A program made the position numbers and the translations under genes. The notes under the pieces were generated by a model. It worked only from the letters and a program-made list of their open reading frames with translations. It made no database searches and had not been told where the DNA came from. From the NCBI GenBank assembly GCA_043720595.1, contig JAYSSK010000206.1:7016-71015 (forward strand): a stretch of 64,000 nucleotides of DNA. The letters run 5' to 3'. Shown here in pieces: positions 18,693-28,744 of this stretch. How positions within the stretch are numbered: the stretch's first letter is position 1; each line of letters begins with the position of its first letter. This DNA is from Acidimicrobiia bacterium. GTDB taxonomy: Bacteria; Actinomycetota; Acidimicrobiia; Acidimicrobiales; JANYDT01.

Positions 18693-20228
18693 TCACCGTC
18701 GAAGACGGGACCGCTGCCAGCGTTGAAGTTTGGTGAGGACACCAGTGGTGGGAATAGACCACACTGGCTCTGGGGCCAAGCCCCATCGCCCGAGCAGTTG
18801 GTTGGCTGCCAGAAATCCTGTCGCCACCGCACGCTCCATCAGGGCAGTTGGGAACGGGACGCGCACCAGATCTCCCGCTAACGCTAGACCGGGGGTGGGT
18901 GTCGCGACGGTAGGACGACGCGCCCAGCTCCCTGGCTGAAACGCGGGGCAGTCCGAACGGACGATGAGCCGTTCGTCAAGGATGGTCATACCGACCGTTT
19001 CGGGATAGCACTGGTTCAATTGGGAAAGCAGCGCCGACTTCACCTTCGCCTCGTCGACCGGGTCGCCGTAATCCGGCCCGAGCGCGTAGGCGTGCATCTC
19101 GATCACGCTGCCCCCGGTCTTGCGCGACCAGACGCGCGCCTCATCCTGGTATCGATGCACGCACGAGATGTTGTCGATGATGCCGAACCCAGCGGTTCCC
19201 GCGAACGGAGCGCGGTCGGGCCGTACGTCGCGGTCGAACCACACTCGGAGCACGGCAAAGGGTGGTGCCACCTGCAGGGCGCCGACATCGCTGCGCCACC
19301 CGGCATCGCCCATCCAGGTGTTTGCGTGGACCACCTCGCGAAGACCCGACACGTTCAACGCAAGCACCACGCCGTGGCGTGCAGACACAGGCTCAACGCT
19401 GTGAGTTGGCGAAGACACACGCACGCGCACACCACGCTGTTGTAAGGCGTGCGTGGCGGGTGACCAAAAAGCATCGGCGAACGGCCGCTGCAGTACATCG
19501 AAGCAGATTCCTTCTCGAGTTCCGAGGAAATACAGATGGAACATCATCAGCAATTCGGCGGCGCTCATTCGCTCTTCCGGGTTGAAGAACGAATGAGCGA
19601 ACACCTCGAACAACATGCGACGCGCGTCCGACGGAAACTGGACGCTATCCAAGTACGCAGCTGCGCTCATCGAATCAAAGCGCGCATACGTATCGTCACC
19701 ATCGAAGGCGAGCATTTCGGCGGCTTGGTCACCGTTGATCTGTCGAAGATCGCGCAGGCCAAGCGTCGGAGTGCGCCTGACCAATGCCAGCAAATTGAAC
19801 GGAGGACGCGAAGGCAGGTTCTTGAACGACTCAACTGCACCACCGGGGCCGAATAGCGGGTAGTCATCCAGCGGCCTCAGCGACGCAAGTTCTGGGTCCC
19901 ACCGTTTCATCAGTGCACGTACGTTGTAGTACTGCCTGAAGAAGGCGTGAAAACCTCGTTCCATCTGCACCGGACCACCGCCAGCCAACGGGCGAAGCTG
20001 GTCGGGCCAGGAGCTCAGGCGGCCACCCAACATCGGCTGTGCCTCGTGCAGGTCGACGGTGATGCCTCGCTCGGCAAGCACCATTGCAGCAGAGGCCCCA
20101 GCGAGGCCGCCGCCGACCACGGTCACCCGATAGCCGGCCTTCGATGGCGCGTTGAGCGGAAGCGACGAACCAACTGGAGTGACGACCGCTGCCCGAGTGT
20201 CTCGCGCGCCGACATACGGCACGCTCAC
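18693..20228 (-). CDS. crtU: Isorenieratene synthase (carotenoid phi-ring desaturase/methyltransferase), FAD-dependent
   Basis: VVGGGLAG FAD motif, MERGFHAFFRQYYN, FAHSFFN, MSAAELLMMFHLYFLG, ALMERAVATGFLAAN. GTG 20228 overlaps the crtT stop. Confidence 0.85.
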   Translation of the reverse strand: MSVPYVGARDTRAAVVTPVGSSLPLNAPSKAGYRVTVVGGGLAGASAAMVLAERGITVDLHEAQPMLGGRLSSWPDQLRPLAGGGPVQMERGFHAFFRQYYNVRALMKRWDPELASLRPLDDYPLFGPGGAVESFKNLPSRPPFNLLALVRRTPTLGLRDLRQINGDQAAEMLAFDGDDTYARFDSMSAAAYLDSVQFPSDARRMLFEVFAHSFFNPEERMSAAELLMMFHLYFLGTREGICFDVLQRPFADAFWSPATHALQQRGVRVRVSSPTHSVEPVSARHGVVLALNVSGLREVVHANTWMGDAGWRSDVGALQVAPPFAVLRVWFDRDVRPDRAPFAGTAGFGIIDNISCVHRYQDEARVWSRKTGGSVIEMHAYALGPDYGDPVDEAKVKSALLSQLNQCYPETVGMTILDERLIVRSDCPAFQPGSWARRPTVATPTPGLALAGDLVRVPFPTALMERAVATGFLAANQLLGRWGLAPEPVWSIPTTGVLTKLQRWQRSRLRR

Positions 20229-20977
20229 ACCGGCCTCCGAGCAAGAAACGAATGCACCACGCCGTCTTGCCAGAAATCGAAGCGGGCCTTGCCGACCACC
20301 GGCCTGGTGCGCACGCCCGCGAAGCCGTGCGAGGTGAGGCGCGCTTCGAATGCCTTGACGCCATCGAACTGCAAGACGCTTCGCCACAGGTACCGATAGA
20401 TCCGTGTGTGACGGCTGGTGATGAGACCGGCAGGGATGATGATCCCCCAGCACACGCTCGTCCACGTGCCGATGGCGCGGGGCGAGTCTCGAACGCTGTA
20501 CTCGTGAAAGCAGATCGGCGCACCGGGCTTGAGTAGCCCCTTCACCCGCTCAAGACACACGTCAGGATCGGCCATGTTGCGAATCCCGTATGCCATCAGA
20601 ATCGCATCGAAGGGTTCGTCGCCCAAGGTTGCCGCAGGATCCATCGCATCGCCCAATACGAATGAGACGTTCGGTGAGTCGATGAACATCGGCTTGGCTC
20701 GCGCTTGGGCAAGCATCCCAGCGGAAGCATCGAGCCCCACAATCGTCGCCGCGGGGTACGCGGAGAGCACGCCAGCAGTCGACAAGCCTGTACCGCAGCA
20801 AAGGTCCAAGATCCGCAGACCGGCGCCAGAGGCACCGAGCTCCAACCGTTCGGCGCTCAACGCGAGGTGCTCCACGTAACCCGGGTTTCGCTGCACAAGA
20901 GTGTCGTATGTGCCCGCGACGATGTCGAAGTCGGCAGGAACCTCTCGTTTGCGCTGGCTGAACGGCTTGGGAGTCAC
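20225..20977 (-). CDS. crtT: UbiE-like class I SAM methyltransferase of carotenoid clusters
   Basis: ILDLCCGTG, GLDASAGML, AYGIRN, HEYSV and YRYLWRSV. Translationally coupled to crtU. Confidence 0.75.
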   Translation of the reverse strand: MTPKPFSQRKREVPADFDIVAGTYDTLVQRNPGYVEHLALSAERLELGASGAGLRILDLCCGTGLSTAGVLSAYPAATIVGLDASAGMLAQARAKPMFIDSPNVSFVLGDAMDPAATLGDEPFDAILMAYGIRNMADPDVCLERVKGLLKPGAPICFHEYSVRDSPRAIGTWTSVCWGIIIPAGLITSRHTRIYRYLWRSVLQFDGVKAFEARLTSHGFAGVRTRPVVGKARFDFWQDGVVHSFLARRPV

Positions 20978-21036
20978 AACGAGCCAGGCTACCGGTGACC
21001 AGCTCGGGACCGACAGCCCGACATCGGGCGGCAGGG

Positions 21037-22878
21037 CTAGCCGGTGAGCGTATTGAGCAACCGAATGGTCATTGGGGAGCCGTCGACAGACGTGCAGGAC
21101 ACTTCATGTATCGGCACTGCTGACTCGATCACGCCGGTGCGCACAGGAAGCTCTGCGGCATCGATGTCCGTCCCGACCCACACCGTGCGAGCGGTCTCGA
21201 TTGTCAGCCCCCGCGTCGCGGGCACCAGTGCTACGGGTTGTCCATCACAGGCGACCTCGAAGGATGTCGCGCCGACCTCAACAGAAGAAGGCGAGGCACT
21301 TGATTCGCCGCTGCTCCACCAGATTATGGGCTTCGTCGGGCCCGCTGTCAGTAGATCCTTCGAAGTTCCAAACCGATATGTGTGCGTACTTACTGCAGCA
21401 ACGGACTCGAAGGGCCTAAGGAACCGAGCCGTCCGCGGATCGAGAGGATCCTTCGCCCACAGTGCCTGTGGTCTGCCGAGATCTGAATCGAGCATCGAAT
21501 GCATCTCATCTATCAGATCGATGTCGGTGACCAAAGTCCCGTGTCGATCGGCCGCATAGTACGGATACGGGTCGTAGCTGGACCCGACACCGATCACCTC
21601 TTCGTCCGGTTCGGTGGAAGCACGAAGGTCGGTGATGTATGTGGGTTCCTCGTGAATCGCCCGCCCATACTGTTCACCGTTTGCCAACCAGAACCCGAGC
21701 AGGTGCACCCCTGTCGCAGCGATCACGAGAGCTGGCTGCCAACGCATACGCTTCTGCACGGCGACTGCTCCGCCGCCCATCAGTAGGCAAACTGCTGGAA
21801 CGATGGCGAACTGGTAGTAGTCGTGCACGACGTAGAGCCCGAAGAACACCAAGCATGCCGACATCGGCACAGCTGCCAGCGCAGCGCCAAGCACCCCTCT
21901 GCCCGAGCGAACCAGCGAATGCAATCCGAAGAGCGCCAGCACCAGCCCAAGGCCACCCATATACAGCGGTGTTCTCACCGCAATTCGGATCCAAAGAACC
22001 GGGTCCAGACGGGCCGCGACGTCAAGGTAAACGCTGTTTTTGACTCCGCTCGAAGTAAGCGCTGTGGTCAAGACGCTGCGCTCCTTCAGCGTGTCGGCCC
22101 AACGGGTCCACGACACTCCGGCCACAAGTGGGACTCCGCAGAATACGGCGCACAGAACCATGCCGCGCAAACGCCGCGACAGAGCGAAGGCCACGAGCAC
22201 CAGCATCCACGGTGCGAACGTCACCATCTTCGACGTTGCTGCGACCACACCGAGTACAACAGCAACAGCACCCCAGCCAATCGAGAACCGACGCGAGATT
22301 GGCCACCGGTCGATGGAACGCACCGAGGCGACAATCCACCACAGCACGGCCGCAGTGGTGAAGGACTCGATGAGCCCGACTCGTCCCCATAGCATGGTGT
22401 ACGGATTCAGCAGGTAGAGGGCAGCCCCCCACAGCCCCTCGCGTTCGCCAACCAGATGCCTGCCAAGCGCAAGAATTCCCCATGCCGTGGCCACGGTAAA
22501 AACCGTTGCAACGAGCCTGAGTGCAACCATGTCTGGCACACCCAGCTTCATAATCAGCGCGCTTATTGCCTGATACCAGGGCAACTCGTACGCGACGTAG
22601 GCGTGCGGACCGAAAACTGATAGGCGTGGGTGAAGGAGGTTAATCCCGGAGCGAGCGAAGATCCGTGCGGTGTCGGCCGTCTGACCCTGGCGCCACCACT
22701 GCTGACGGCCCGCCCACGTGTCGAAGGTCGGTAACGCAAACGCCACGTATATCGCACTGATGATCGTCAGCAGCGTCGAATGAGGGCCACGACCGACCCG
22801 GGAGTTCCGCTGGCCGGCAGTCCCTGGGGCAGAGCGCCCAGGACGCGTCTTTACCTCATCGGCGAGCGCGGACTCCAT
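21037..22878 (-). CDS. ArnT/PMT-like (GT-C) membrane glycosyltransferase
   Basis: WRQGQTADTARIF, ELPWYQ, multiple TM segments, VVHDYYQ. Confidence 0.75.
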   Translation of the reverse strand: MESALADEVKTRPGRSAPGTAGQRNSRVGRGPHSTLLTIISAIYVAFALPTFDTWAGRQQWWRQGQTADTARIFARSGINLLHPRLSVFGPHAYVAYELPWYQAISALIMKLGVPDMVALRLVATVFTVATAWGILALGRHLVGEREGLWGAALYLLNPYTMLWGRVGLIESFTTAAVLWWIVASVRSIDRWPISRRFSIGWGAVAVVLGVVAATSKMVTFAPWMLVLVAFALSRRLRGMVLCAVFCGVPLVAGVSWTRWADTLKERSVLTTALTSSGVKNSVYLDVAARLDPVLWIRIAVRTPLYMGGLGLVLALFGLHSLVRSGRGVLGAALAAVPMSACLVFFGLYVVHDYYQFAIVPAVCLLMGGGAVAVQKRMRWQPALVIAATGVHLLGFWLANGEQYGRAIHEEPTYITDLRASTEPDEEVIGVGSSYDPYPYYAADRHGTLVTDIDLIDEMHSMLDSDLGRPQALWAKDPLDPRTARFLRPFESVAAVSTHTYRFGTSKDLLTAGPTKPIIWWSSGESSASPSSVEVGATSFEVACDGQPVALVPATRGLTIETARTVWVGTDIDAAELPVRTGVIESAVPIHEVSCTSVDGSPMTIRLLNTLTG

Positions 22879-22916
22879 CAGATGTCTTTCGACCCTTCAC
22901 CGCTGGAGCTTGAACC

Positions 22917-23876
22917 TCAATCGGCTAGCAGTAGCAACGTAGCGTCGACGCTGCCCGGCTGGCCACCTGAACGAACCAACTGGTGCATCGCACGTTGCAG
23001 CGACTCGTTGATCGGAGCCGCCATCCCACACGAACGGGCAACGAGGACGACTTCGCCGTTCAGGTAGTCGGTCTCGATGGAGCGGCCGGTAACGATGGAC
23101 TGCCAGGTGGACCCGCCCCCACGATGCTTTCCGTTGACTGGGCGGTATCGCATCGAAGAACGTTGCGCTGCTTCTTCGTCGTCAGTTGCAACGTCGATGC
23201 CAGCCGCAGCGAACACCTCCTCGGCTTCTCGGGCAGCTCGTTTGACGAGTTCCTTGGCGGCATCGGTTGACCGGCCGCACGCTGCTTCAACCGCGTTGCC
23301 GGTATTCAGGATCAGCTTGCGATATTTGGCCCGCATAACGTCGGCACGGGCAACCGACAGGAACTGCGACGCGGCGAACATCGCTGCCAGCTCTTCCGCC
23401 GCGTCCGTCGTACCGCTTGGGTACCGACCGACGTCGAGCGAACCACCAATAGGCGCACTGATGACTTGTACGACACCAGGTTCGAGGAAGGCCGTCGGCA
23501 TCATGACGTTGACGCCCAGAACGTTGGGAAACAGGCGCAGCGCCAGTCGTTCGGCCTCGACGCCATTCGTCGCGCAGGCGACTGTGACCGTCGGCGGGGC
23601 CACCGCGTGAAGATCGGCGAGCGCCAGCGCAGCGTCCTGCGTCTTGGTGGCCAACAACACAAGGTCCGTGTCGTGGAACTGGACAGCCGCCGGTGACCCG
23701 ACCACCGCCACGGGTATCGTGATGGTTGCGTCGGGATCTTCTACCCGGAGCCCACTCGTCTGCATCGCCTGAAGGTGCGTTCCCCGAGCGATGAGCACTA
23801 CCTCGTGGCCATGCTGATGGAGACGACCCCCAATGACGCCCCCAATGCCACCTGCTCCTAAGACGATCACACGCAC
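22917..23876 (-). CDS. Ketopantoate reductase (PanE/ApbA) family protein
   Basis: VLGAGGIGG, LLATKTQD, NGV, KLILN, STWQS and ETDYLNGEVV. Confidence 0.88.
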   Translation of the reverse strand: MRVIVLGAGGIGGVIGGRLHQHGHEVVLIARGTHLQAMQTSGLRVEDPDATITIPVAVVGSPAAVQFHDTDLVLLATKTQDAALALADLHAVAPPTVTVACATNGVEAERLALRLFPNVLGVNVMMPTAFLEPGVVQVISAPIGGSLDVGRYPSGTTDAAEELAAMFAASQFLSVARADVMRAKYRKLILNTGNAVEAACGRSTDAAKELVKRAAREAEEVFAAAGIDVATDDEEAAQRSSMRYRPVNGKHRGGGSTWQSIVTGRSIETDYLNGEVVLVARSCGMAAPINESLQRAMHQLVRSGGQPGSVDATLLLLAD

Positions 23877-23973
23877 AGGGTCACCTTACGCGGGCGCGAA
23901 CCGGACAACCACTGGAGCGTGTACCGAATAACTGCACTTCAGCCGTAGCCGCATCGGCGAGACTGGTCGCCGC

Positions 23974-26100
23974 ATGAGTACCGTCACCCCAGACCCCGCA
24001 CCCAACCCTTCGGGAAAGCGCCGCATCTTCGTCACCACCGCTCTCCCCTACGCCAACGCGGCGTTCCACGTGGGGCACATGATGGAGTACGTCCAGGCAG
24101 ATATTTGGGTGCGGTTCCAGCGGATGCAAGGCCACGAGGTGCACTTCGTCTGCGCCGACGACACCCATGGTGCGCCGATCATGATCGCCGCCGAAAATGC
24201 TGGCAAGACCCCCCAGCAGTTCGTCGCCGACATCGCGGCCGGACGCCAGCAGTACCTCGACGGCTTCCATATCCGGTTCGACAACTGGCACTCCACCGAC
24301 GCTCCGGAAAACCACCAGATCGCACAAGACATCTATCGTTCCCTTCGCTCAGCTGGGCTCATTGCGACACGCACCATCGAGCAATTCTTCGACCCGGCTA
24401 AGCAGATGTTCCTGCCCGACAGGTTCATCAAGGGCACCTGCCCGAAGTGCGGCACGCCAGATCAATACGGCGACTCGTGCGAGAACTGCAGCAGCGTGTA
24501 TTCGCCGACAGAGCTGAAGAACCCGTACTCCGTGCTGTCCGGTGCAGCGCCGGAACTTCGTTCGAGCGAGCACTACTTCTTCACACTGTCAAAGCCTGAA
24601 GTTGTGGCATACCTCCAGGACTGGACCGCCAAGCCCGGGCGACTCCAACCCGAGACGGTGAACAAGATCCGTGAGTGGTTCGACGGTGGCATGAACGATT
24701 GGGACATCTCTCGCGACGCGCCCTACTTCGGCATTGAGATTCCCGACGCTCCAGGCAAGTACTTCTATGTGTGGCTCGACGCGCCGATTGGTTACCTCGC
24801 GTCACTGCGCAACCACTTCGAGAACGGCGGGGCAGCAAGTCATTGGCACCAACCGTCGCGCACGCAGCAGACGTACGACGAGTTCCTCGCGGACGACGCC
24901 GTGGAGCAGGTGCATTTCATCGGCAAAGACATCGTCTACTTCCACACCCTGTTCTGGCCTGCCACGCTGCATTTCAGTGGCCGCAAAACGCCCACCCAGG
25001 TACACGTGCATGGTTTCCTCACAGTCAACGCCGAGAAGATGTCGAAGAGCCGGGGCACCGGGATCGACCCCCTCAAGTACCTCAGCATCGGGATGAACCC
25101 GGACTGGTTCCGCTACTACGTCGCAGCCAAGCTCAACGCCAACGTCGAAGATGTCGACTTCACGCCCGACGATTTCATGGCCCGGGTCAACTCGGACCTG
25201 GTGGGCAAGTACGTCAACATCGCCAGCCGCGCCGCAGGGTTCCTCACAAAGCGGTTCGATTCGACGCTCTCCTCCGGTACTCTGCACACATACGAGTATC
25301 GCGGTGTGGCCGACGAGCTCATCGGCCGCATCGGCGCGCATGCAGCCGAGATCGCAGCGCTGTATGACTCACGTGAGTACTCCAAGGCCATCCGCCAGAT
25401 CATGGCGTTGGTCGATGAAGCAAACGGCCTCATCACCAACATGAAGCCATGGGACCACGCGAAAGATCCGGCCAAGGCTTCCGAAGTGCACGAGGCATGC
25501 AGCATCTGCATCCAACTGTTCGCCCAGTTCACGGTGCTACTAAAACCAGTTATGCCCAGGCTTGCCGCCGACGCAGAGGTGTTTCTCGGGGCTGACGAGC
25601 TGTTGTGGGCCGACGTTGCGCGTTCTTTTGCCGGCGCTCGCATCGGTCAGTACAGCCACCTCATGAAGCGCGTCGATCTGCCGATGCTCGAAGAGTTGTT
25701 TGCGCCCCCTCCCCAACCTGTCGAAGTTCCGGCGTTACCCGGCGGCGAAGCCATCGCGGATACGGTCACCATTGACGATTTTGCCAAGGTCGATCTGCGA
25801 GTTGCGCTCATCGTCGACGCCCAGCACGTAGAGGGTTCGACCAAGCTTTTGCAGCTCACGCTCGATGTCGGCGAAGGCCACACACGCAACGTCTTCTCCG
25901 GTATTAAAGACGCTTACGACCCGGCTGACCTTGTTGGGAAGTACACCGTCATGATTGCCAACCTCGCACCTCGCAAGATGAAGTTCGGCGTGAGCGAAGG
26001 CATGGTGCTGGCTGCGAGCCACGCCAACGAGAAGGCCGTCCCCGGCGTGTTCTTGCTAGACCCACATCCGGGCGTCCACCCAGGGCTACGCATACGTTGA
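23974..26100 (+). CDS. metG: Methionyl-tRNA synthetase with Zn knuckle and C-terminal tRNA-binding domain
   Basis: [43 protein letters not shown] and [15 protein letters not shown]. Confidence 0.98.
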   Translation: MSTVTPDPAPNPSGKRRIFVTTALPYANAAFHVGHMMEYVQADIWVRFQRMQGHEVHFVCADDTHGAPIMIAAENAGKTPQQFVADIAAGRQQYLDGFHIRFDNWHSTDAPENHQIAQDIYRSLRSAGLIATRTIEQFFDPAKQMFLPDRFIKGTCPKCGTPDQYGDSCENCSSVYSPTELKNPYSVLSGAAPELRSSEHYFFTLSKPEVVAYLQDWTAKPGRLQPETVNKIREWFDGGMNDWDISRDAPYFGIEIPDAPGKYFYVWLDAPIGYLASLRNHFENGGAASHWHQPSRTQQTYDEFLADDAVEQVHFIGKDIVYFHTLFWPATLHFSGRKTPTQVHVHGFLTVNAEKMSKSRGTGIDPLKYLSIGMNPDWFRYYVAAKLNANVEDVDFTPDDFMARVNSDLVGKYVNIASRAAGFLTKRFDSTLSSGTLHTYEYRGVADELIGRIGAHAAEIAALYDSREYSKAIRQIMALVDEANGLITNMKPWDHAKDPAKASEVHEACSICIQLFAQFTVLLKPVMPRLAADAEVFLGADELLWADVARSFAGARIGQYSHLMKRVDLPMLEELFAPPPQPVEVPALPGGEAIADTVTIDDFAKVDLRVALIVDAQHVEGSTKLLQLTLDVGEGHTRNVFSGIKDAYDPADLVGKYTVMIANLAPRKMKFGVSEGMVLAASHANEKAVPGVFLLDPHPGVHPGLRIR

Positions 26101-26119
26101 CCAGCGGTAGGGCCCGGGT

Positions 26120-26884
26120 TCAGTCCACCTGCACGTCGGGCAGCAACGTACGAACCAGCCACTGGAATGACTTCCAGCCGGCTTCGCGAGCGCCGGTTGA
26201 TTCGCGTGCGAGACGTGCGCCAGCATCGCTGATCGCCTTGCCGTTGGGCACCTTGAGGTGTGCTTCGGCGCAACGCTCCATGAGGACAAACCATCCAAGC
26301 GCCTCGGCCACCGTAGGCCCCACCGTCAGCAATCCATGGTTGCGCAACACCACAGCCTTGGCTGACCCGATCGACTTCGCAATTCGATAGCCGCCGTCGA
26401 CCGTAAGTACATCTACTTCTTCGTCGTCGAACACCTCGTGGTCCTCGAAGAAGCCGGTGGACTCTTGGGTGATGGGCCGGAGCTTCTGAGCCAAGGCGCT
26501 GAACGGCGTTCCGAACGGGGTGTGGGTGTGCGCTGCGCTGACCACATCTGGACGGGCTTCGTGCACCGGCCAGTGGATGTTGTACGCAGCCTGGTTGATA
26601 CCGAGTTCCCCCTCGACAACGCGACCATCCGGTCCGACGAGGACAAGATCGCCAACGGTCACCCGGTTGAAGGGAACTCCGTAACCGGCTATCCACATGT
26701 GGTCGAGTCGCTCGGGATCTCGAGCCGAGATGTGGCCGTCGCCAACACTTCCCCAGCGCAACGCCCCGAACACGCGGTAACCAATTGCCAGTTGCCGCAA
26801 CCGATGTACTCGCAACTGGCCAAGGTCGGAAAACTCGGGTTCGAACTCGTCGGGGCGCAACTGGGAATGCGGATCGGCGTGCAT
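26120..26884 (-). CDS. Class II aldolase/adducin family protein
   Basis: GHISARDP, IHWPVHEARPDV, AHTHT and LRNHGLL. ATG 26884 preferred as start. Confidence 0.9.
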   Translation of the reverse strand: MHADPHSQLRPDEFEPEFSDLGQLRVHRLRQLAIGYRVFGALRWGSVGDGHISARDPERLDHMWIAGYGVPFNRVTVGDLVLVGPDGRVVEGELGINQAAYNIHWPVHEARPDVVSAAHTHTPFGTPFSALAQKLRPITQESTGFFEDHEVFDDEEVDVLTVDGGYRIAKSIGSAKAVVLRNHGLLTVGPTVAEALGWFVLMERCAEAHLKVPNGKAISDAGARLARESTGAREAGWKSFQWLVRTLLPDVQVD

Positions 26885-26899
26885 CGGCGTGTGTTCCAA

Positions 26900-26937
26900 T
26901 CTCAACAGAAGGTCTCAACAGAAGGTCTCAACAGAGG
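26900..26937. repeat. 13-bp tandem repeat x3 (TCTCAACAGAAGG), intergenic
   Basis: Read directly; last copy lacks one A. Confidence 0.9.
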
Positions 26938-26942
26938 TGACG

Positions 26943-28427
26943 TTATGGCGTGCGGCCCACACAGCTTGGCTGGTCAGATAACCAGGCGCTAGCAGCAGTG
27001 AGGACCGGATCCTGCGACGTACCAAACAATCCCCAATCGATGGCGAGCGGTTCATCGGGCGCTATCGGCCCGTCGTACACCTTGCCCGCACGGTCGAGGT
27101 CGTAGCTATGGGTCACCATGAGAAACGAATCGTCGGGCAAGCGGACCCCGACGTTGGCACTCGTCACTCCAACGGTGGGTGCGCCGAACGACCGAGAAGC
27201 GGGACGGCCGATGAATGCAATCGTTGCGATCTCCCCCGCTGACCCGGTCTGCCCAGACGTCAAGACCGCCACAGGGATCGCCGGGTCGTGCAGTCGGGCT
27301 GGAGCCAGGTTGCTCCACACGGTTCGGTTGTCAATCAGCACCTTGCCGCCGTTGAAACGCAACTGCTCACGCGTCTCATCGCCGTAAACGAATCCGCCGA
27401 CGACCTGCTCGGGCATGAACGGCTCTAAGACGCTCATCATCGAGAACGGAAACCCACCCGAGTTTCGACGCAGATCCAACACCCACCCGCAGGGGCTGAT
27501 TTGCTGTTCGACGGCACCGACCGAAGCAACGCCCATCGCTGCGAATGCGGCTTCGTTCTCTGCCTTTCCCGTCGAGCCAGGTAGGTCGAGATACCCGAGC
27601 CGGTTGCCGAGCGTTCGAGCAGTTGGCAACTCGGCGGTCTTCAATTCACCGCGCCGAACCGTGAACTCGATCTCGCCGAGCAGCGGACGGTTGACCCTGA
27701 TAACGGCTGTTTCGACGGCGCGTTCCGCTGCCGTAGTTGCCGTGAACGCTTTGCCGTTGAACGACACGATGCGATCGAGGGTACGAATACCCGCTAGCTC
27801 GGCCGGGGAACCAGGAACCACAAAAATCACGTCAGGCGGATACACCCTGAGCCCGAAGCCTGTGCTCGTACCGTCGAGCAACGAGCGTGCCGCTGGCGGA
27901 TCCAGGAACGCAGAATGACCGTCACCAAGATCCTTGACGGTCTGGCGCAGAATTGGGTACAGGTCTGGGATCGATTGCGCCGTTGCGCCCATCAGCCGAG
28001 CCCTATCAGTGATGCTGCGTACGTCGGCTGTGCGCCGCCGTACCCAGTACCGCTCAACGAAAGTCAATGCGTCCGCCAGGTACTTCGCCGGCGAAGGCAA
28101 CGCCTGCGGTACTGGCGGTGCCGCAAGTGTTGTCGGTGTTGTCGATACGTCCGTTGACGACCGCTCGGTTGTCGGACTCGACACGGTTGAACGCACTGTT
28201 GTGCCTACCGACGGGGTGACAGGCTCCTTGGTCACACGAGTGATCGATCGTTTTTTGGCAATTGTGCGGCGAGTCGTCGGCACTTTCCGCACGACGCGTT
28301 TCGTGGTTCGCACAGCAAGTACGGCGCCGTCTGCAGACGGTGCCGACGGGGACCAAACCACGAACATCGTCACCGCGGTCGTGACGGTCGCTATGGCGAC
28401 GTCACGGTGAAAGCGCTGCCAACGCAC
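26943..28427 (-). CDS. S41 family (C-terminal processing-like) peptidase with PDZ domain, secreted; start uncertain
   Basis: LGDGHSAFL, PGSPAELAGI, LDLRRNSGG, TGSAGE and SFGAPTVG. Thr/basic-rich N-terminal linker. Confidence 0.85.
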   Translation of the reverse strand: MRWQRFHRDVAIATVTTAVTMFVVWSPSAPSADGAVLAVRTTKRVVRKVPTTRRTIAKKRSITRVTKEPVTPSVGTTVRSTVSSPTTERSSTDVSTTPTTLAAPPVPQALPSPAKYLADALTFVERYWVRRRTADVRSITDRARLMGATAQSIPDLYPILRQTVKDLGDGHSAFLDPPAARSLLDGTSTGFGLRVYPPDVIFVVPGSPAELAGIRTLDRIVSFNGKAFTATTAAERAVETAVIRVNRPLLGEIEFTVRRGELKTAELPTARTLGNRLGYLDLPGSTGKAENEAAFAAMGVASVGAVEQQISPCGWVLDLRRNSGGFPFSMMSVLEPFMPEQVVGGFVYGDETREQLRFNGGKVLIDNRTVWSNLAPARLHDPAIPVAVLTSGQTGSAGEIATIAFIGRPASRSFGAPTVGVTSANVGVRLPDDSFLMVTHSYDLDRAGKVYDGPIAPDEPLAIDWGLFGTSQDPVLTAASAWLSDQPSCVGRTP

Positions 28428-28568
28428 AGTGCTCAAGGAATCGCTCGAGGAATGCTCAAGGGACCGGGCATGGACAGACGTTACGAGACATCGACAGCAA
28501 CGTCGCCACAACCCACAACTCAGAAGCGCTCCGCCCACCAGCGCGACGAGTCCGAGGAGCAGACAACA

Positions 28569-28603
28569 GCCGACAACTAGCCGACAACTAGCCGACAACT
28601 AGC
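28569..28603. repeat. 11-bp tandem repeat x3 (GCCGACAACTA) in the divergent promoter region
   Basis: Read directly. Confidence 0.9.
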
Positions 28604-28744
28604 TCTGTTCACGTACCAAAAACGGTTCACCGATTGCCGGGGTCATGTTGCACTTGTAACGTGGCGGCTACTCACCAGGTGCGACGCGTCGGTGGAGCTG
28701 AAATGCTCGCCAACGATCGCTCCCCATTTGGAGGTACCCACCAC

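Noticed and set aside
20229..20465. N-terminal extension of crtU in the ORF track
   Set aside because: It overlaps crtT. The GTGA coupling at 20225-20228 gives a better start.
28647..28660. Imperfect palindrome GTTGCACTTGTAAC upstream of the BMP operon as an operator
   Set aside because: Too short and imperfect to support without comparative data.
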